A stretch of DNA of 64,000 nucleotides from Mustelus asterias (GCF_964213995.1 NC_135817.1:70742001-70806000); one strand, 5' to 3'. Positions 1 through 15,168 are shown, counted from the first letter of the stretch. Numbers and translations: made by a program. Notes: generated by a model from the letters alone, not told the origin.

Positions 1-1465
1 ATTTCAATGGCGCCATTATTTAGTTGAAACCTCTGTTAATCTGTAGTTGAGTTTAATAGCACAATCTGTCTCTGTACAGATGATACCTTTTGTTACACAC
101 ATACAATCTTTTTTGCTTGTTGTTTTTTTTTGTTTTCCATGATGACTCGACACCTATTGTTTTTGCTTCCTCTTGCTAAACCTCACTGGCCCTGCATGGG
201 GCTGGTTTACTGGACGTGACTGTTTTCCAATATACTGTTAAGATGTGTAAAGTAATTTGCTTATTTTTTAAGCAATTAGGCACTAATAGTGGCAGAAATC
301 CTGCAAAGCTTTTTAGGTCCCAACTGTTGCACTGCTGTGTTTTTTACAGTGAATGATTATTATGATGGTTGTAGGGTTACTAATTCAGCAAATTACTGAG
401 GAGATATTCAGGTCTTATTTCAGGTTGCAGAAGTATTATCAGCACAAAGGAGAAGAGAAACAAAAAAAAAGTCTTCTGTCAGACCAACAACTACAATTAC
501 TGATGTTTAGTACTGCTTAGCTTGAAATGCAAAATATTTTTCTTCCCATGTTGGTTGGTTGAAGATCATGTTACCAGAATGGAAAACAGCTTGGACTGAA
601 AGTGAGTTGGCACAACCTGTGAGGGTCAGTCATCAGCATCTACATGAACACAGTCTTGCACTGTTCCATGTAGTCACAGTAATACAACACCAGTTGTTGC
701 CTGGGCATTAACGGTCGTTAACCCAACATCCTTAACACCAACAAATGCCAGATATTAATTGTACGAGAATAAGTCTATTTTTCACACAAACTTGCAGGGT
801 TATTCGGTGTACTGTATGTATTATATCCAATTTTTATAAGCAGCACACGAGGAATAGTACATGCTGTTCACGTCAGAGATGTTTTGTTCTTTTTGAAGAT
901 TGTGACTGGAATTTGCAATAAAAAAGCTAGTAATAAATACAATGGCACAGTTATAATGGAACATGTATTAGGTGCTCCTACCTGAACTAAACAGCCTATG
1001 ATGCACAAATATATCTTGCTGTCTGGTTTAGATACATGTTAAACCTAAGCAAGATCTGACTCCAAGAATAAGATACTAATAGACGGATGGTCAAAATCTG
1101 AAGTACATTTCTTGGTAAATTGTCATATTCATAGTAGGTTTTGTTTGCAATGTTAAATTCTTGGGCAATCATATTCAACTTCTAAGAAATGCTGACTTTG
1201 TAATTAAGATTTGTGCGCCAAAAAATGGAATCCAGAAGGGTGGAACTGTAGGAAGGAATGTTGTCTGCACGTGATAGTCTTTGAGTTCTAACTTTACTTG
1301 TTTTTTTCCAAATGCACATGTACTTTTCTCCAGTGTAACTTCTGTGATGGCGGTTATAAATTTATTTAAGATGTCTCACTTTGAATTCCAACCTTGACAG
1401 TCAGATTAATTTGCTTTTCCCACCCTCGGTGGATGAAGTTGAGTTGGCCTCAACTGAGCTGCTAG

Positions 1466-1785
1466 GGTGGCGCAGTGGCACATTGGCAAGCACTGCTGCT
1501 TCACAGCGCCAGGGACCGGGTTTAATTCCAGCCTTGGGTGACTGTCCGTGAGGAGTTTACATGTTCTCCCCATGTCTGCGTGGGTTTCCTCCGGGTGCGC
1601 CGGTTTCCTCCCACAGTCCAAAGATGTGCGGGTCAGGTTGATTGTTCATGCTAAATTGTCCCTTAGTGTCAGGGAGATTACCAGGGTAAGTACGTTCGGT
1701 TACAGGGATAGGACCTGGGTGTGATTGTTCTTGGTGCAGGCTCAATGGGCCAAATGGCCTCCTTCTGCACTGTAAGGATCCTATG
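1466..1785 (+). mobile_element. HE1-like V-SINE, CR1-type tail
   Basis: tRNA-derived head, V-domain tctgcgtgggtttcctccggg, tail ggcctccttctgcactgta. Confidence 0.9.
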
Positions 1786-4700
1786 AAAATATTCTATGAA
1801 TATAGACACTTTGAAGATATGTAAGGCCTGCCATAAAGAAGAAAATATCAATAGTATAGTCGCCATATTAACCATATTCAACATTTTTGAAAGAAACATG
1901 AGTTTCCATTAAGGCTTTGTGGGTTCATGAATCACCTTACATGATTGAGATACAGTTTTGATTTGTGATCCTATGCTGCATCAGTTGATCTCACTGGTGT
2001 TTCGACATTAATCTATTTATCCCAGCACATCAGAGATGATCTGTACCAGTGTCTGATAGTAACCACACCGATGCCCCATCCCATCACTCAAAATGAAAAC
2101 ACGTAGGCATAAGAACTGAGCCTCAACTCTGTTGGTCCCAGAATGAAATAGCCATCAGTAACCACATTGAAGAAAGGCGAGTGACCAGGGTTGAGTGTTG
2201 TGGGGTGGGAGAGGAGGGGAGTGGGATGATAGATAATAGGCCTGTGGTCATAGATAGAACGATGTATCAGCATTAAGTGTTGACATCAGGCGAGAAAAAG
2301 CAAAGGGAGGGATTTGGAGGAAAGTAAAATTTCCGAAGCATGCAGAATACAGAAACCTGGATAGATCTTAGTGCGTTATTTCAGATTAGGTCAACACTTA
2401 TTTCTGTACCTTTTAAAAAAAAAATTCTATTCACGTAGGTGAGCACAATTTTATTAGTGGAGACATTAATCCTAATACAAGTTTCACTGCAATTTTGTGC
2501 CTGTTTATAATGCATACTTTATATAAAAGTGGAGGGGAGCAATCCAAACAGTGTCCAGTTCATATCGAACTGACGCATTTCACTCTGGATTCTCAGACAT
2601 TAAGAGAATGAAATCATCAATTTCTTCAGCAAAATGAAATATAGTTCTGCCTGACAATGCACAAACCCAAGTGTGAGTCAGCTCTTCCACCTCATTGTTA
2701 CTGGGTAAGACAGGTGAACATTCATTCCCACCCCATTCTGTTTTCTTGCTTAGTCCACCCATTTCTACCTTTGACATGAAAAATCACAATTTGCGATTCA
2801 GGTTTCCACACCAAAATAGGCATGTGGACCTCAGGAAAGCTGTGGCTGCATTGTTGATGTGCTTTAATTTGAAGCTTTGGTCTTCACTGTTGACTACCAG
2901 GAAATGGGCGCACTTCTCTCAACAAAACAATAACGTAAACCAAAAATCCTTTCCCTGACCTGTATCTAAAGTTCATTTATCCAGCAACTGATGCTGTACA
3001 GCACAGATTATTTATTCGGCGCAAAATTACTGTTTGACTCATTTACAAGCAAATTCTTAAACTTTCTGTTTAAACATTCTGGACTGTAAGATTAATATTA
3101 AGTTAGTTAAAGGGAAATCGGGGTCTAAACTAACTGTACGGTTAAGCAAATGAAAGGGCTTAGCTCGCTGAATAAAATTGTAACTTTTGTAGCTGTAACC
3201 TTTGTAAAATTAAGGAGTAAGACTTCATTGTACTCAATTTCTTGAAGATCGATAGGACAGTTTCCCAATTGGCTTGGTGTTTGCACATCTCTTTCACTGG
3301 CTTACCAAGTAAAAACTCAAAATAGCCCATCCTGGTAACATGATCCTTTTGTGACTGCTTTATACAATAATTCATTTACTCTTTGTCATTCTAGCTGTAA
3401 AGAACCTTTTGTTAACGTTTTGTGCAATTGCCATCCTCTGCTTGTCATTAGAAATGTCTTTTCCTCGTTGTAGAAACCAGCTTTTGCCCAAAGTCTAGCT
3501 AATATTTAAAAATGGAAAGAAGTACACAAGTTACTGTATTTAAATGTTTCACAATGCTTTCTCACACAAGTTGAGTATAATGAGAAAAAAATGTCTACAT
3601 TTTATGGTTGACCAAGTAGAATACAATTCATTGTATTTTTGCATTTATTTTGTTTCCTTTACCATTAAGTGACATTTCCATAAGATTAATTATGGGTTAT
3701 GGAGTTTAACCATGATCTCTTTTCTTTGAATTATAAAATGAGTGTGTGACTACATTGAAGTATAGCTTATTGCACTTGATATCACTTTTTTTAGCATGTG
3801 AAAAGGCCCCAAGATTTGGTCATCAACATAGATGTGTGAGTTCCTAAAAAGTGTTAATATAACATGTATCAGCTATACTGGTGCTTAATTTGGGAGTGTG
3901 CCCATTTGCTTACACTGAAGCCCATTAACATTCACGGATGAGGACTGTGGACAACACAGAGAATTGATCGTTCATACGCATGTTCTGCCTTTCCTGTTTT
4001 CACTGCTATAAATTATTGTGTCAGCACCATTGAGAGTTGCCACAGAGTGAATTTACTAGTCTTTCTACGCAGAAGTGGACAGGAAGAGTTGCATTATTGG
4101 GCTTCAGGAATGGCTCACTCTTTACTTCCCTTCTTCAAAGCATTAGCAAGCTTTTAGGTTTTGCCCTTGCACATATTTAAATGGATACACCAAGTGAGAC
4201 TTGGAAAAAAATAAGACTGTGTTAGAAATTTCCTCGAGGCTTCTCCTACTCCCAACACCATAACTTTGGCAGAAGTTTGACAAAAATGCTGCATAAGCAT
4301 GTAAAGATTCAGCTGAAGAACAAGGAGAATCCCCGTAGAAATTTACACAGTGCAAATTGAACCAACAGGAGATTAATCCTTTCAACTCTCAATGTTCACT
4401 ACTGCTTTCAGAAAAGTATAATTTTGTTCTTGTGGCCTTTTTTTTTGAAATATTAAATGCTTGATACAAAATTAAGTATCCATGGAATATTTAGAGATTA
4501 GGATTGTTTATATAACCAGGCATTTTATTTTGATGCATAATACTTGCCCTATAGTTAAAGGTTACGTTAATAGGTTGATGCAAGGGTAATTGTTGCAAGG
4601 GAAACATTCCTTTTGTAATATTCCTGTTGAACGTATGGCTGCAGTAATGGTTTATGGTCTTGATTGTGTCCCAATCAGGAATTGCCGTGATTAACCTGAC

Positions 4701-7700
4701 ATAATGGCCCATGGACCTGCATTTGCCACCCATTATTACAAGTTACACTATTAGTTCTAGCAATTGTGTTGAATTTTCACAGAATAAGCTAATAAAATGC
4801 AGTAACCCAAGCAGGACAACATCATTTCCTGCCTTCTAAAGAGAATAAATGTCTAACCGTTCATGAACATTAGTTATAAAATTTGCTTTCCTTAATTTAT
4901 CGGCAGGACAACATTTTTTTTCAGGGGCCTCTGTGCATCTATTTTCACACTCCCAATTTTTTAATACATTGACTAGTGGTAAATTATCTGCAAGATAGAC
5001 ATCAAAATGACCCAGTCTTACAATAACATGCGAGGTGATTATTTAAGACCAACTAAATCAAACTGTGACGGTTGATGGGTGGGTTAGTAGATGTGGTTAT
5101 TGCTGTTGACAATAGTGCTGCAAACAGGAAGTTCTTCTTGACAGCATTCCCTGTGATGGACTGTAGGAGCCAGCTACAGCTGGTTAGCAATGCTTGCTGC
5201 AGGAAAATGTTTGGTGATCAAAAATTCCATGCGGTAGTCCCAATTTGCAGATCAGGACAAAATGCAGTTTAAAGAAGTGGCCACTAATACACACTGATGA
5301 CGTCTTCAAGAGAATTAGTTAAAGCAATTAGTTAAAAGAGTTTTAATGTAAGTTTGGCTACTCCTGAAGGATCCTTTTGCACCTAGGAATTGCCATTTTT
5401 CCAAATGGGAATAGTCCAGGTCGTTGTAACTTGATTTATACAGAAAGGATTTATCTAATCCTTGATGTCAATATTTTATTCACAAAGCATCATCCAATTA
5501 ACTTGTACTAGTGAATTCTAATTAGGGCTTTTATTATTATTAGGAAATACAATAACTGATCATTTGCTGTGGCCCCTGAATAAGTTAATTTACTATTGCT
5601 TTGTCCGACGTGAGCAGAATGGGCGTGGGACGGTTCTAAGTATGACATTTGGAGTTCTTCTCTTGTGTGGATACAGAAAAGGGGGTGAAACAATACGGCA
5701 GTCTTAAAGGTGTGACTCCACATCCTATGTACAGGGCCTGGAAATTTGACTTATTCTGGTTGTAATCCCAAATAATTTTGTTCTAAGACCAAGTTGACAT
5801 GTCGCTCAGTTAATGAAGGATAATCTTGGGAACCCTTATCATCTAAGTAAGTAATTGCTGAGCCGTGAGTTAGTTTGTCATTAAACAATACTCTTAAGTA
5901 GTGACTGAAATAGCAACAAATTATTGCTGCCATGTAATTAATGTTTTGTTCAGACAACTGAACCTGGAATGTTGATCTTACACTTTTATAGTGGCTATGA
6001 GAATTTGCTTTGCGGATGTAATTTCCTAACTCAGATCTAACATGCACATTTTTTTATCGTAGATGTTTATTTTAAATGAAGTTAGAATTTAAACAAAATG
6101 GATAATATAACTTGGAGAAAATGATTTCTTTATGTACTACAGTGAGGCACATTCAACAAGCTCAGAATGTGCAGTGTATTCTAGCGGACACTTTTATTTG
6201 GCCTTAAAAATGTTTAATAAGGTATTTAAGTATTTTCTTGAATTTGTGTTGGAGACAAAGATGGCTTTGCAAAAGTTAAACTTTTTTTTGTTGTGGTGAT
6301 GTCTTATTTATAATTGCTGCGGTAACACCCTGTGGCCAAAGAGATCATTCATAATTGCGTTTCTTACTTAGTATTTGATACCGAATTGAGAAAAGGTTTA
6401 ATTTTTGGAAAAGTTGGAAGAAAAAAGAAACTCTACTGACCCAGTCACGTGTACTAGCTAAAATATTTGTGTCACACCCTTGTGGTCACAGGTTCAAGTC
6501 GAGTAAGCAGCAAGGCAAGTAGATAACCCAAATGATAATGGAGAGGATATACAGTAATAAAACATAGCCCACAATTAGAAACAGTAGAATGTGGCCTACA
6601 AAGGGTTGGCAGAGAACTGAGTGATATGCCTGTATTTTTGACCAAATGTACGCTACAGTTTGATATTTTATAAATCCAGATTTGCTTTAGGCCAATTAAC
6701 AAAATGATTCCAGTAGTATATTTTTAAATGGTGGTTTGACAGATAGATTGAAATATTTAATTGTTTGGAAGAGGGATGGAATAGTTTAATAATGTACAAT
6801 TGATTTTAATTTTAATACCAAAAATGCAGGGATGTTTCCTGATTCACAAGAAGTATTAAATGAATTATATTTCATTAGAATAAAAGGCAGATATATAAGT
6901 AATTAGTTTACAGCAGACAGTCAAAGCCATGCTGACTAGCCCAGAAATTCGCTATTCATCTTTGTGAACATCTGTAATCTCTGGGCTTTGATTATACTGC
7001 TGGGACTGTTTAAAGGAAGATCCCAACCTGTTCCACACCAAAAAGAAAGTGTGCATTATTGTGATAATTCAGTCTTTTGTTTGCACTTAATTGTTTAATT
7101 CAAAATAAATTTCAAAAGCACAGCAAAGTGGGAATTTAATTGCTTAAAATTAAGTAATCAGATAACCTGAAAGAAGCAACTTTGAAATAAAAGTAGACTG
7201 TGCACAAATAAACGTGTTCAGTTTGTAAAGAAAGCGGGACAAAGTTGCAGTTTAAATTTTATTTATGTTTGATATTTGTTGAATGCACCTAGGAATTGCC
7301 CATGTCCATTATGGGCGTGTGTCCGCCAACAATTACATCATGGGCTCTAAGAAAACTTCAATTCGATTAATTGTTCTTTTTTCTTACGAGAAAGCTCATT
7401 TTGAGACTCACTTGTGATATTTTTTAAATTAATCTCCATCAAGCCTGAGTTGGTGGCCTTGTTTCGACAATGCTATTATCATTGCCATGTTTTGGATCGG
7501 AACTGAAGTGTCAACTGCCCAAATCTTTGCAAATGCATAGAAAGGTATGGAATGCTTCCTTTGAACATTCACAGCAAGTGAACTTTCATTGATGTAGCTG
7601 GAAAGATTCCTCTGGCTCACTTTTTTATTATTTGGGCGTACGGTTCAGGGAACTGGGCAGCTGTCCACTAATGAGCCAGGGGTTTTGATGCCAACATTGC

Positions 7701-8377
7701 ATCAGCAACAGGGCTTAACTGTGCAAATGTTCCTTGTTTAGTGAGACGGATCACCATCAGCAGTACTTCAATTCAGTTTTTGGAGGCCTTTGATGATCCA
7801 TATGCTTCAAATTATTTATATCAGTAAAATGTAAATAGAGTTTCAGTTGTGTTAATGTAACCATTGATACCAGTAGTGTCGCTATGGCAGTGTTTTGGTG
7901 GTAAATAATCCATCGACGGTTTGAAAACTCAGGAAGGTGCTGAAACCTCTAATTACATTAATCAAACTCGTATCAGACACTTTGTAACGTCATAGTTCAC
8001 AAGAGTATCCAAATTAGCGACGCAATTACATTGCACATAAAGACTGTTTTTAATTGACCCAAAAACCACACGAGGCTGGCCAGTGCTTTTTGTTTTAATT
8101 CTCAGCCCTGGTTCCAAACTTGTTTAACAGGTTTCTTGAGTTATGTTGTCCCAGTCGACGCACTTCGGAAGAGCTGGCTGTTCAATGACAAGCAACCCTG
8201 ATATCAAGTGTGAAGTTCTGAGATCTGTGGCAGTAAGAATTAAAGTGTAAAGGCCCTGTGTCATCTCATGATTTGTTATGAGTAGACCCACAATGTCCAA
8301 GAAAGGGCTAAGCATGGTTCCTGTCGCAGTGGTATTTAAAAATGACTTGCAGGATCAGCACACTATTAGGCGCGCAT

Positions 8378-8404
8378 ACACACACACACACACACACACA
8401 CACA
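8378..8404. repeat. (CA)n microsatellite
   Basis: Read directly. Confidence 0.95.
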
Positions 8405-10660
8405 GAGGAGTTGTGACGGCGTAGATGCTCAGCGACATCATCACCATACTGAAATATTTGCCTTTTTCTTCTTGTTGCAGGCAACAAAGTAGATGACATA
8501 GAGCCTTTATTTGTAAAATGTTCAATAGTATACTACAATTCAGAACATTAATTGAAAGGATACATAGTGTGACTGAATGGCATCTTCAGTTTGATCTTGC
8601 AGAGTGAATGTGGATGTAAGCTATTTGGTTAAACACACTTATGGTAATTAGGAGACTGCTGTAGGTTCTCATTTTGATGTTCCTAGGAGAGTAATTTCAG
8701 TAAAGTATAATTTTGAAAACGTGAAGCAAAATTCTTGGTGATGTTAGGATATCCCCATTACACGAGAATCAGTTCTTGTTACAGAAGGTGCCTGTGTATA
8801 TAGCTCCTTTGTATTGCTTTGAGCAGAGTCCCTTATATATTTCTTACTAATATGCTCTGTAGAAATTGAATTCAGAAATTTTACTACTGATAATTAAGAG
8901 TTTAAAGCCACTAATTATATAAAAGTTGCATAATTTGACAGATGATCATTTTATATTGCGTACTGTTTATTGCCTGTCTGTTTAGTTTTGTGATTGAAAC
9001 ACAGATTTCCTTTTTCCTCTGTTTATAATGCTGTATGCTGCTGCAGTGTTATTCTCTATCATTATTTCCTAGCAGGCAATAAAGCATATTGTACAGTATT
9101 ATATAAATGAGTGAGATGATTATTTATGAGAAAATGAAATCTTGACTTACAACCAGCCAACCCAAAATTGAAAGACATTGAAAGAACGTGACTTAATTCA
9201 CCTCCACAAGTTGATTCCAGATAAATAATTAATATTACATAAAACGTACACAATGGGTGCATGATTCTGAGGGCCCGTATGCCGTGGGCACAAATCCAAT
9301 TAAGGCCACTAAATCTTGGGAGAGGTCCATAATGGGATTTGTAGTGGCGTGATTTCAGTTTGAGATCTTCCCCACCCCCACCAGTGATGTAATCCTCTGG
9401 GCGTGATCCTTAATTCCATTGACTTAATTTGAATATCAAACGGTTTAATGCCCTTGCTTCTGGGAGCATTGAATGCTCCCGCCGACACCCCAACACTTGC
9501 TGGAGTGACGTCACGTCGGCAGGAATCACGACTGGTTTTCAAAAATGAAAACCAGTAAAACAGTCATGCTGCTCACGCCAGAGGGCACGGAGATGGGTAT
9601 AGCGCCCACCCCCCGCCCGGGTGGCAATGGACATTGCCTGGTACCTTGGCAGTGCCGGGGTCGGACCTCTGTGTAGCCCCATTAGGGAAGGTTCCCCTTA
9701 CTTGGGAGGGGGGGGGTCCAATGGATGATGAGGGGGAGGTGCCCCGATGCTGGCAGATGGGGGGCATTGATGTCGAGTCACCCTGAAGCTTGCCTTGTGG
9801 AGGAAGGTATGACCCTCTCTGTGTGTGAGGGTTGGAGGTGTTCCCCATATTTACCAATGTTTGTGGGGGGTCCAGATGTCCAGGAGAGTGGCCTTTAACT
9901 TTACTTTGAGATGGCTCCATCCTTTAAAAAGGGCATTCCAATCTCTGAATTCCAGCTTTGCTGGCATGCCCCCACCCCAGCTGGCCATGTTACTCCTCGC
10001 CAGCACTTTGAAGTTACACACAGTGCTGACTGATCTGCCTGGAAAAGGCAGCTGTGAAACCAGTGAGTTGCATACAGCTTTTCTTGCCCATTAAGTTTAG
10101 GTATAACCGTGCCAATTTGCATACTATGACAATATTGAGCCTTTGCCTCAATTCACTAAGCTATATAGAATGCAATTGGGGTCGGAATCTGCTTTGGGTA
10201 TTTAAATTCAGATTAATTGATCCAACTATAATTTTCTTCTCTCCACCAATCCCAAAGTTTCTGTGTCAACATTTCATACAAGGCAAGCATCGAAGTTTTG
10301 AATAAACCACAAGCTGCTAAAAATAGACGTTCCCTGATGTTTTTTAAAGAAGTATCCTGTTTGGCTTTACACAGTATTAACTACTGCAAGAACTATTAAT
10401 TTGTTGAGTTTACATTACTGTAAATGTTGTGAGGGGTGGGATTAGAATAACAGTTTGTTACAATACAACTCGCACTTTTTCAGTGTTAACACAGTATCTG
10501 CACAGTGAAATGCAAATAGACCCGATCATTTCCTTTTTAGGTTGAACCTGTTGTTCCTGACATGTCTCAAACTTTAGGAGCCATGCACTGTTTAATCAAA
10601 TTGATTTCCAGATTAAATATTGAGTGACATTGAATAGCATTACCATTTTTGAACATAGCA

Positions 10661-12060
10661 GGGGTGATTCTCTCATTCCAACCCGCTAATTTTTTGGCGG
10701 GTTCAGTTAGGAGATCCATAGAACCCTACAGTGCAGAAGGAGGCCATTTGGTCCATCACGTCTGCACCGACCACAATCCCACCCAGGCCCTATCCCCATA
10801 ACCCCATGCATTTACCCCAGCTAGTCCTCCTGACACTAAGAGTCAATTTACCATGGCCAATGCACATCTTTGGACTGTGGGAGGAAACCAGAGCACCCGG
10901 AGGAAATCCACGCAGACACGGGGAGAATGTGCAGACTCCACACAGACGGTGACCCAAGCCGGGAATTGAACCCGGGTCCCTGATTCTGTGAGACAGCGGT
11001 GCTAACCATTGTGCCATTGTGCCACCTGAGATTTATTTTTTAAAATGCACGCATGCGCAATTCTTGGGATTCTCTCCCACCTCCGGAAAGCAGGCATGGT
11101 CAGGACCACGCAGGAAACCGATGGGAAGACCAGGTAAGTTTAAATCTATTTTTAATGTTATTTGTATATGATTATCAGGCCCGGGACTGAATTCTCCGGG
11201 CCCGATAGCATCTCCCACTCCGCCAGTACAACTTCACTCCGGCAGGGTTTAGAGTAGCTCCCCACTTTCAGGGAAGTAGCAGGAGACCCTGCTGGAGTGT
11301 ACGGGGACAATTGCGGCCCCCCAGGATGTTGGGCAGTGGGGAGGTGGTGCCACCTGGGCAATGCCAGCCTGTGCCACCCGGCACTGCCCAAGGGGCAAAG
11401 TGTCCATGCCCAGGGGGCATGTTGGCGATGCCCACCAGGCATTGGGCAGTGCCAAGGGGTGGGGGGGTCCTGCTGCCACTCTGCCATTTGGATCCAGTCG
11501 GGACTGGAGAGAGGCCAGCAATTGGGGTGGGCCGGGGTGGTGGGGTGAGTGGGGAGGGTCTGCTGGGGTGGAGTGTTGGGGGGTTTCTGCCATGGTGGAG
11601 GTGTGGGGGGTTCTGCCGGGTTATGGTGCGGGGATCTGCCGGTGTAGGGGGGATCGTCACTGCTGGGACGGGGGGTGGGGGAGGGCTGGAGATCAGGGCA
11701 CTTCTGGAGGGGGGGGGGGTGCGGTTTGGGGCTAGCCCGGGGACGCTCATGGGGGCTGCGATCAGGCGTTGTGGGGGGCTGGAGGGGTAGAACTGCGGGG
11801 TCCCGGGTTGGCCAGCGATTGAGTGCAGTCTGATAGCTCAGGGCCAGTGCGCATGCGCAGAGTTCCGGAACTGTCAGCCTCTGGCATGAATAGGCCCCGC
11901 CCCCCCCAAGCTTTTAATGATATTCACAATTGTGAACTCTACATTGCACAGAGTGTGGGAGATTCGAGTCTGAACTCCCACTGAGAAAACAATCACGATT
12001 TACACCAGTTTTCCCATGAATTCAGCACTTAGAATAGAATTTTTTTGGGAGAATCGCCCC
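10661..12060. mobile_element. GC-rich non-autonomous DNA transposon (Harbinger-like) with a nested SINE
   Basis: TIRs ggggtgattctc / gagaatcgcccc; possible CAG TSD. Confidence 0.7.
10716..11025 (-). mobile_element. HE1-like V-SINE, CR1-type tail
   Basis: Homologous to 1466-1785. Confidence 0.9.
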
Positions 12061-12210
12061 CAGCGAATGGCTTCATTCCTGACCTCCCAAATCTTTTTTC
12101 CATCTATAAGGCACAAGACAATGTAATCAAATGCCCTCCACTTGCAGCTGCAACCATACTTGAAACATTCCCGTTATCCAAAAGAAAGCACCTCGGCATT
12201 CTATCCACCA

Positions 12211-12505
12211 CGTGGCACAGTGGTTAGCACTGCTGCCTCACAGCGCCAGAGACCCATATTCGATTCCCGGCTTGGGTCACTGTCTGTGCGGAGTCTGCAC
12301 ATTCTCCCCGTGTCTGCGTGGGTTTCCTCTGGGTGCTCCGGTTTCCTCCCACAGTCTGAAAGACGTGCTGATTAGGGTGCATCGGCCGTGCTAAATTCTC
12401 CCTCAGTGTAACCCGAACAGGCACCGGAATGCGGCAATTGGGGGATTTTCACAGTAACTTTATTGCAGTGTTAATGTAAGCATACTTTTGACATTAATGA
12501 ATAAA
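12211..12505 (+). mobile_element. V-SINE, Rex1-type tail
   Basis: Same head, tail ttttcacagtaact..gtgttaatgtaag. Confidence 0.9.
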
Positions 12506-12992
12506 CTTAAATTTAATATTCATTCCCTTCACTGTGAACGTGCTGTGACTGCAGTATGTGCGTACCATCGTCAAATTGCCCTGTTCCATTGACAGGACCT
12601 CGAACCATACATACATCACCACAAAGTAGGATGAGAGCAGAAGGCACATGGGAACATTATCAGATTGTTCCTTCACCAACTGGGTCAAAATTCTGGAACC
12701 CCCCCCCCGCCCCCCCCCCAATAACATTGCGATGTACCTACGCCACAAGGACTGCAGTGGTTCAAGAAGGTGACTCACCATCACCACCTTGAGGACAATT
12801 TAAGATGGGCAATAAAAAAAAGTTTATTTATTAGTAGCAAGTAGGCTTACATTCACACTGTAATGAAGTTACTGTGAAAATACCCTAGTCGTTGTACTCC
12901 GGCACCTGTTTGGGTACACAGAGGGAGAATTTAGCATAGTCAATTCACCTAACCAGCACGTCTTCCAGACTATGGGAGGAAGCCGGAGCTAA

Positions 12993-14157
12993 TTTGAAAC
13001 ACACAACCCTGGAACACCTAAATAACAAGGACACCTATGTCAGACTCCTATTTATTGACTACAGCTCACCCTTCAACACCATTATTCCCACTAAACTCAT
13101 CTCCAAACTCTGTGGCCTGGGCTTCGGCTCCTCCCTCTGCGACTGGATCCTGAACTTCCTAACTCACAAACCACAATCAGTAAGGATAGGCAACAACACC
13201 TCCTCCGCGATCATCTTCAACACCGGTGTCCCACAAGGCTGTGTCCTCAGCCCCCTACTATACTTATAAGCCTATGACTGTGTGGCCAAAGTCCCCTCCA
13301 ACTCGATTTTCAAGTTTGCTGACAACACCACCGTAGTGGGTCGGATCTGAAACAATGACGAGACAGAGTACAGGAATGAGATAGAGAATCTGGTGAACTG
13401 GTGCGGCAACAATAATCTCTCCCTCAATGTTAACAAAGTGAAGGAGATTGTCATCGACTTCAGGAAGCGTAAAGGAGAACATGCCCCTGTCTACATCAAC
13501 AGGCACAAAGTAGAAAGGGTCGAGAGCTTCAAGTTTTTAGGTGTCCAGATCACCAACAACCTGTCCTGGTCCCATCATGCCGACACTATAGTTAAGAAAG
13601 CCCACTAGCGCCTCTACTTTCTCAGAAGACTAAGGACATTTAACATGTCAGCTACAACTTTCACCAACATTTACAGATGCACCATAGAAAGCATTCTTTC
13701 TGGTTGTATCACAGCTTGGTATGGCTCCTGCTCTGCCCAAGACCGCAAGAAACTACAAAAGGTCGTGAATGTAGCCCAATCCATCATGCAAACCAGTCTC
13801 CAATCCATTGACTCTGTCTACACTTCCCATTGCCTCGGCAAAGCAGCCAGCATAATTAAGGACCCCCACACACCCCGGACATTCTCTCTTCCACCTTCTT
13901 CCATCGGGAAAAAGATACAAAAGTCTGAGGTCATGTACCAACCGACTCAAGAACAGCTTCTTCCCTGCTGCTGTCAGACTTTTGAATGGACTTACCTTGC
14001 ATTAAGTTGATCTTTTTCTACACCCTAGCTATGACTGTAACACTACATTCTGCACTCTCTTTTTCTTCTCTATGAACAGTATGCTTTGTCTTATAGTGCG
14101 CAAGAAACAATACCTTTCACTGGATGTTAATACATGTGACAATAAATCAAATCAAAC
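12993..14157 (+). mobile_element. Rex1/Babar-clade LINE 3' fragment (RT pseudogene)
   Basis: [41 protein letters not shown]; tail aataaatcaaatcaaa. Confidence 0.9.
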
Positions 14158-14508
14158 ATAACTTGTATTCTGATCTGTATTGCACAAGCATAAAAGTCAT
14201 GGCTGGAATGCACTGAATTCCACCCAGCATATGCAGTTATACAAAGTCAATGTCTTATTTCATATGGGCTTTTCACTGCTAATATTAAAATAAAGACCAA
14301 GCACACACTTTCAAAATAAGCGGGCATGTGCTTTTATTTGATATAATTTTCCTTAAATTGAACAGAACAATATTTGCAAGAAAACATAGAAGGTGAACAG
14401 TAACCCAGCTATCTGGCAATGACAGTGTACTGTTTTCTCTGATGATGAAGGGATGGAGTTGAAAGCTTCATGTCATTCACCGGGAGCCCCTCCACTCTGG
14501 CTAGAATT

Positions 14509-14940
14509 TGAACACCATAGAAAGCATCCTTTCTGAATGTATCACAGCTTGGTGTAACTCCTTCTCAATGTAAACCCAGTCAATGTAACCCAGTCCCATC
14601 CATTGACTCCGTCTACACTTCCCACTGCCTCTGAAAATTAAGGACCCATGCACCCTGGACATACTCTCCCATTTTCTTCTGTTGGGAAAAAGGTACAAAA
14701 CTCTGAGGTCACGTACCAACCGACTCAAGAACAGCTTCTTCCCTCCTGCCATCAGAATTTTGAAGGGACCTACCTTATATTAAGCTGATTTTTCTCTACA
14801 CCCTAGCTATGATTGTAACACTACATTCTGCACGCCCTCCTTCTCACCTATGTACTTTATGTACAATATGCTTTGTATAGCAAGAAACAATGCTTTTCAC
14901 TGTATCCCATTACATGTGACAATAATAAATCAAATCAAGT
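14509..14940 (+). mobile_element. Rex1-like LINE 3' fragment
   Basis: Homologous to 13680-14157. Confidence 0.85.
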
Positions 14941-15168
14941 CAAGCGTCTCACTGTTTTCACTAAGTGATGCCAGAAAACCTGGATGGACTGCAGTGTTTG
15001 TAACCGTTGTCATCTGATGTATATGGGAAAGCAGCACAATCACAGTGTGACTGCTCAAAAATCAAGATCACATATTATTTACAGCACAGAAACAGGCCAT
15101 TTGGTCTAACTGGTTTATTGTTGTTTATGTTCTAGGAATCCCACTATACCCTTTAAACCCATTAACAA

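Larger units (their letters stand above)
1..9110 (+). other. Probable long 3' UTR / terminal region of an upstream plus-strand gene
   Basis: AT/U-rich, almost free of young repeats (one SINE) compared with the rest of the window, no convincing ORF. AATAAA after U/GU-rich tracts at ~918, ~932 and ~9078. Confidence 0.4.

Noticed and set aside
11158-11790. Overlapping Gly/Pro-rich ORFs
   Set aside because: G-rich interior of a non-autonomous DNA transposon, open in many frames because of composition.
12142-12424. Recurrent ORFs such as MAQWLALLPHSARDPGSIPGLGHCLCGVCTFSPC
   Set aside because: Translations of the V-SINE consensus repeated throughout the window; the SINE heads are also not tRNA genes.
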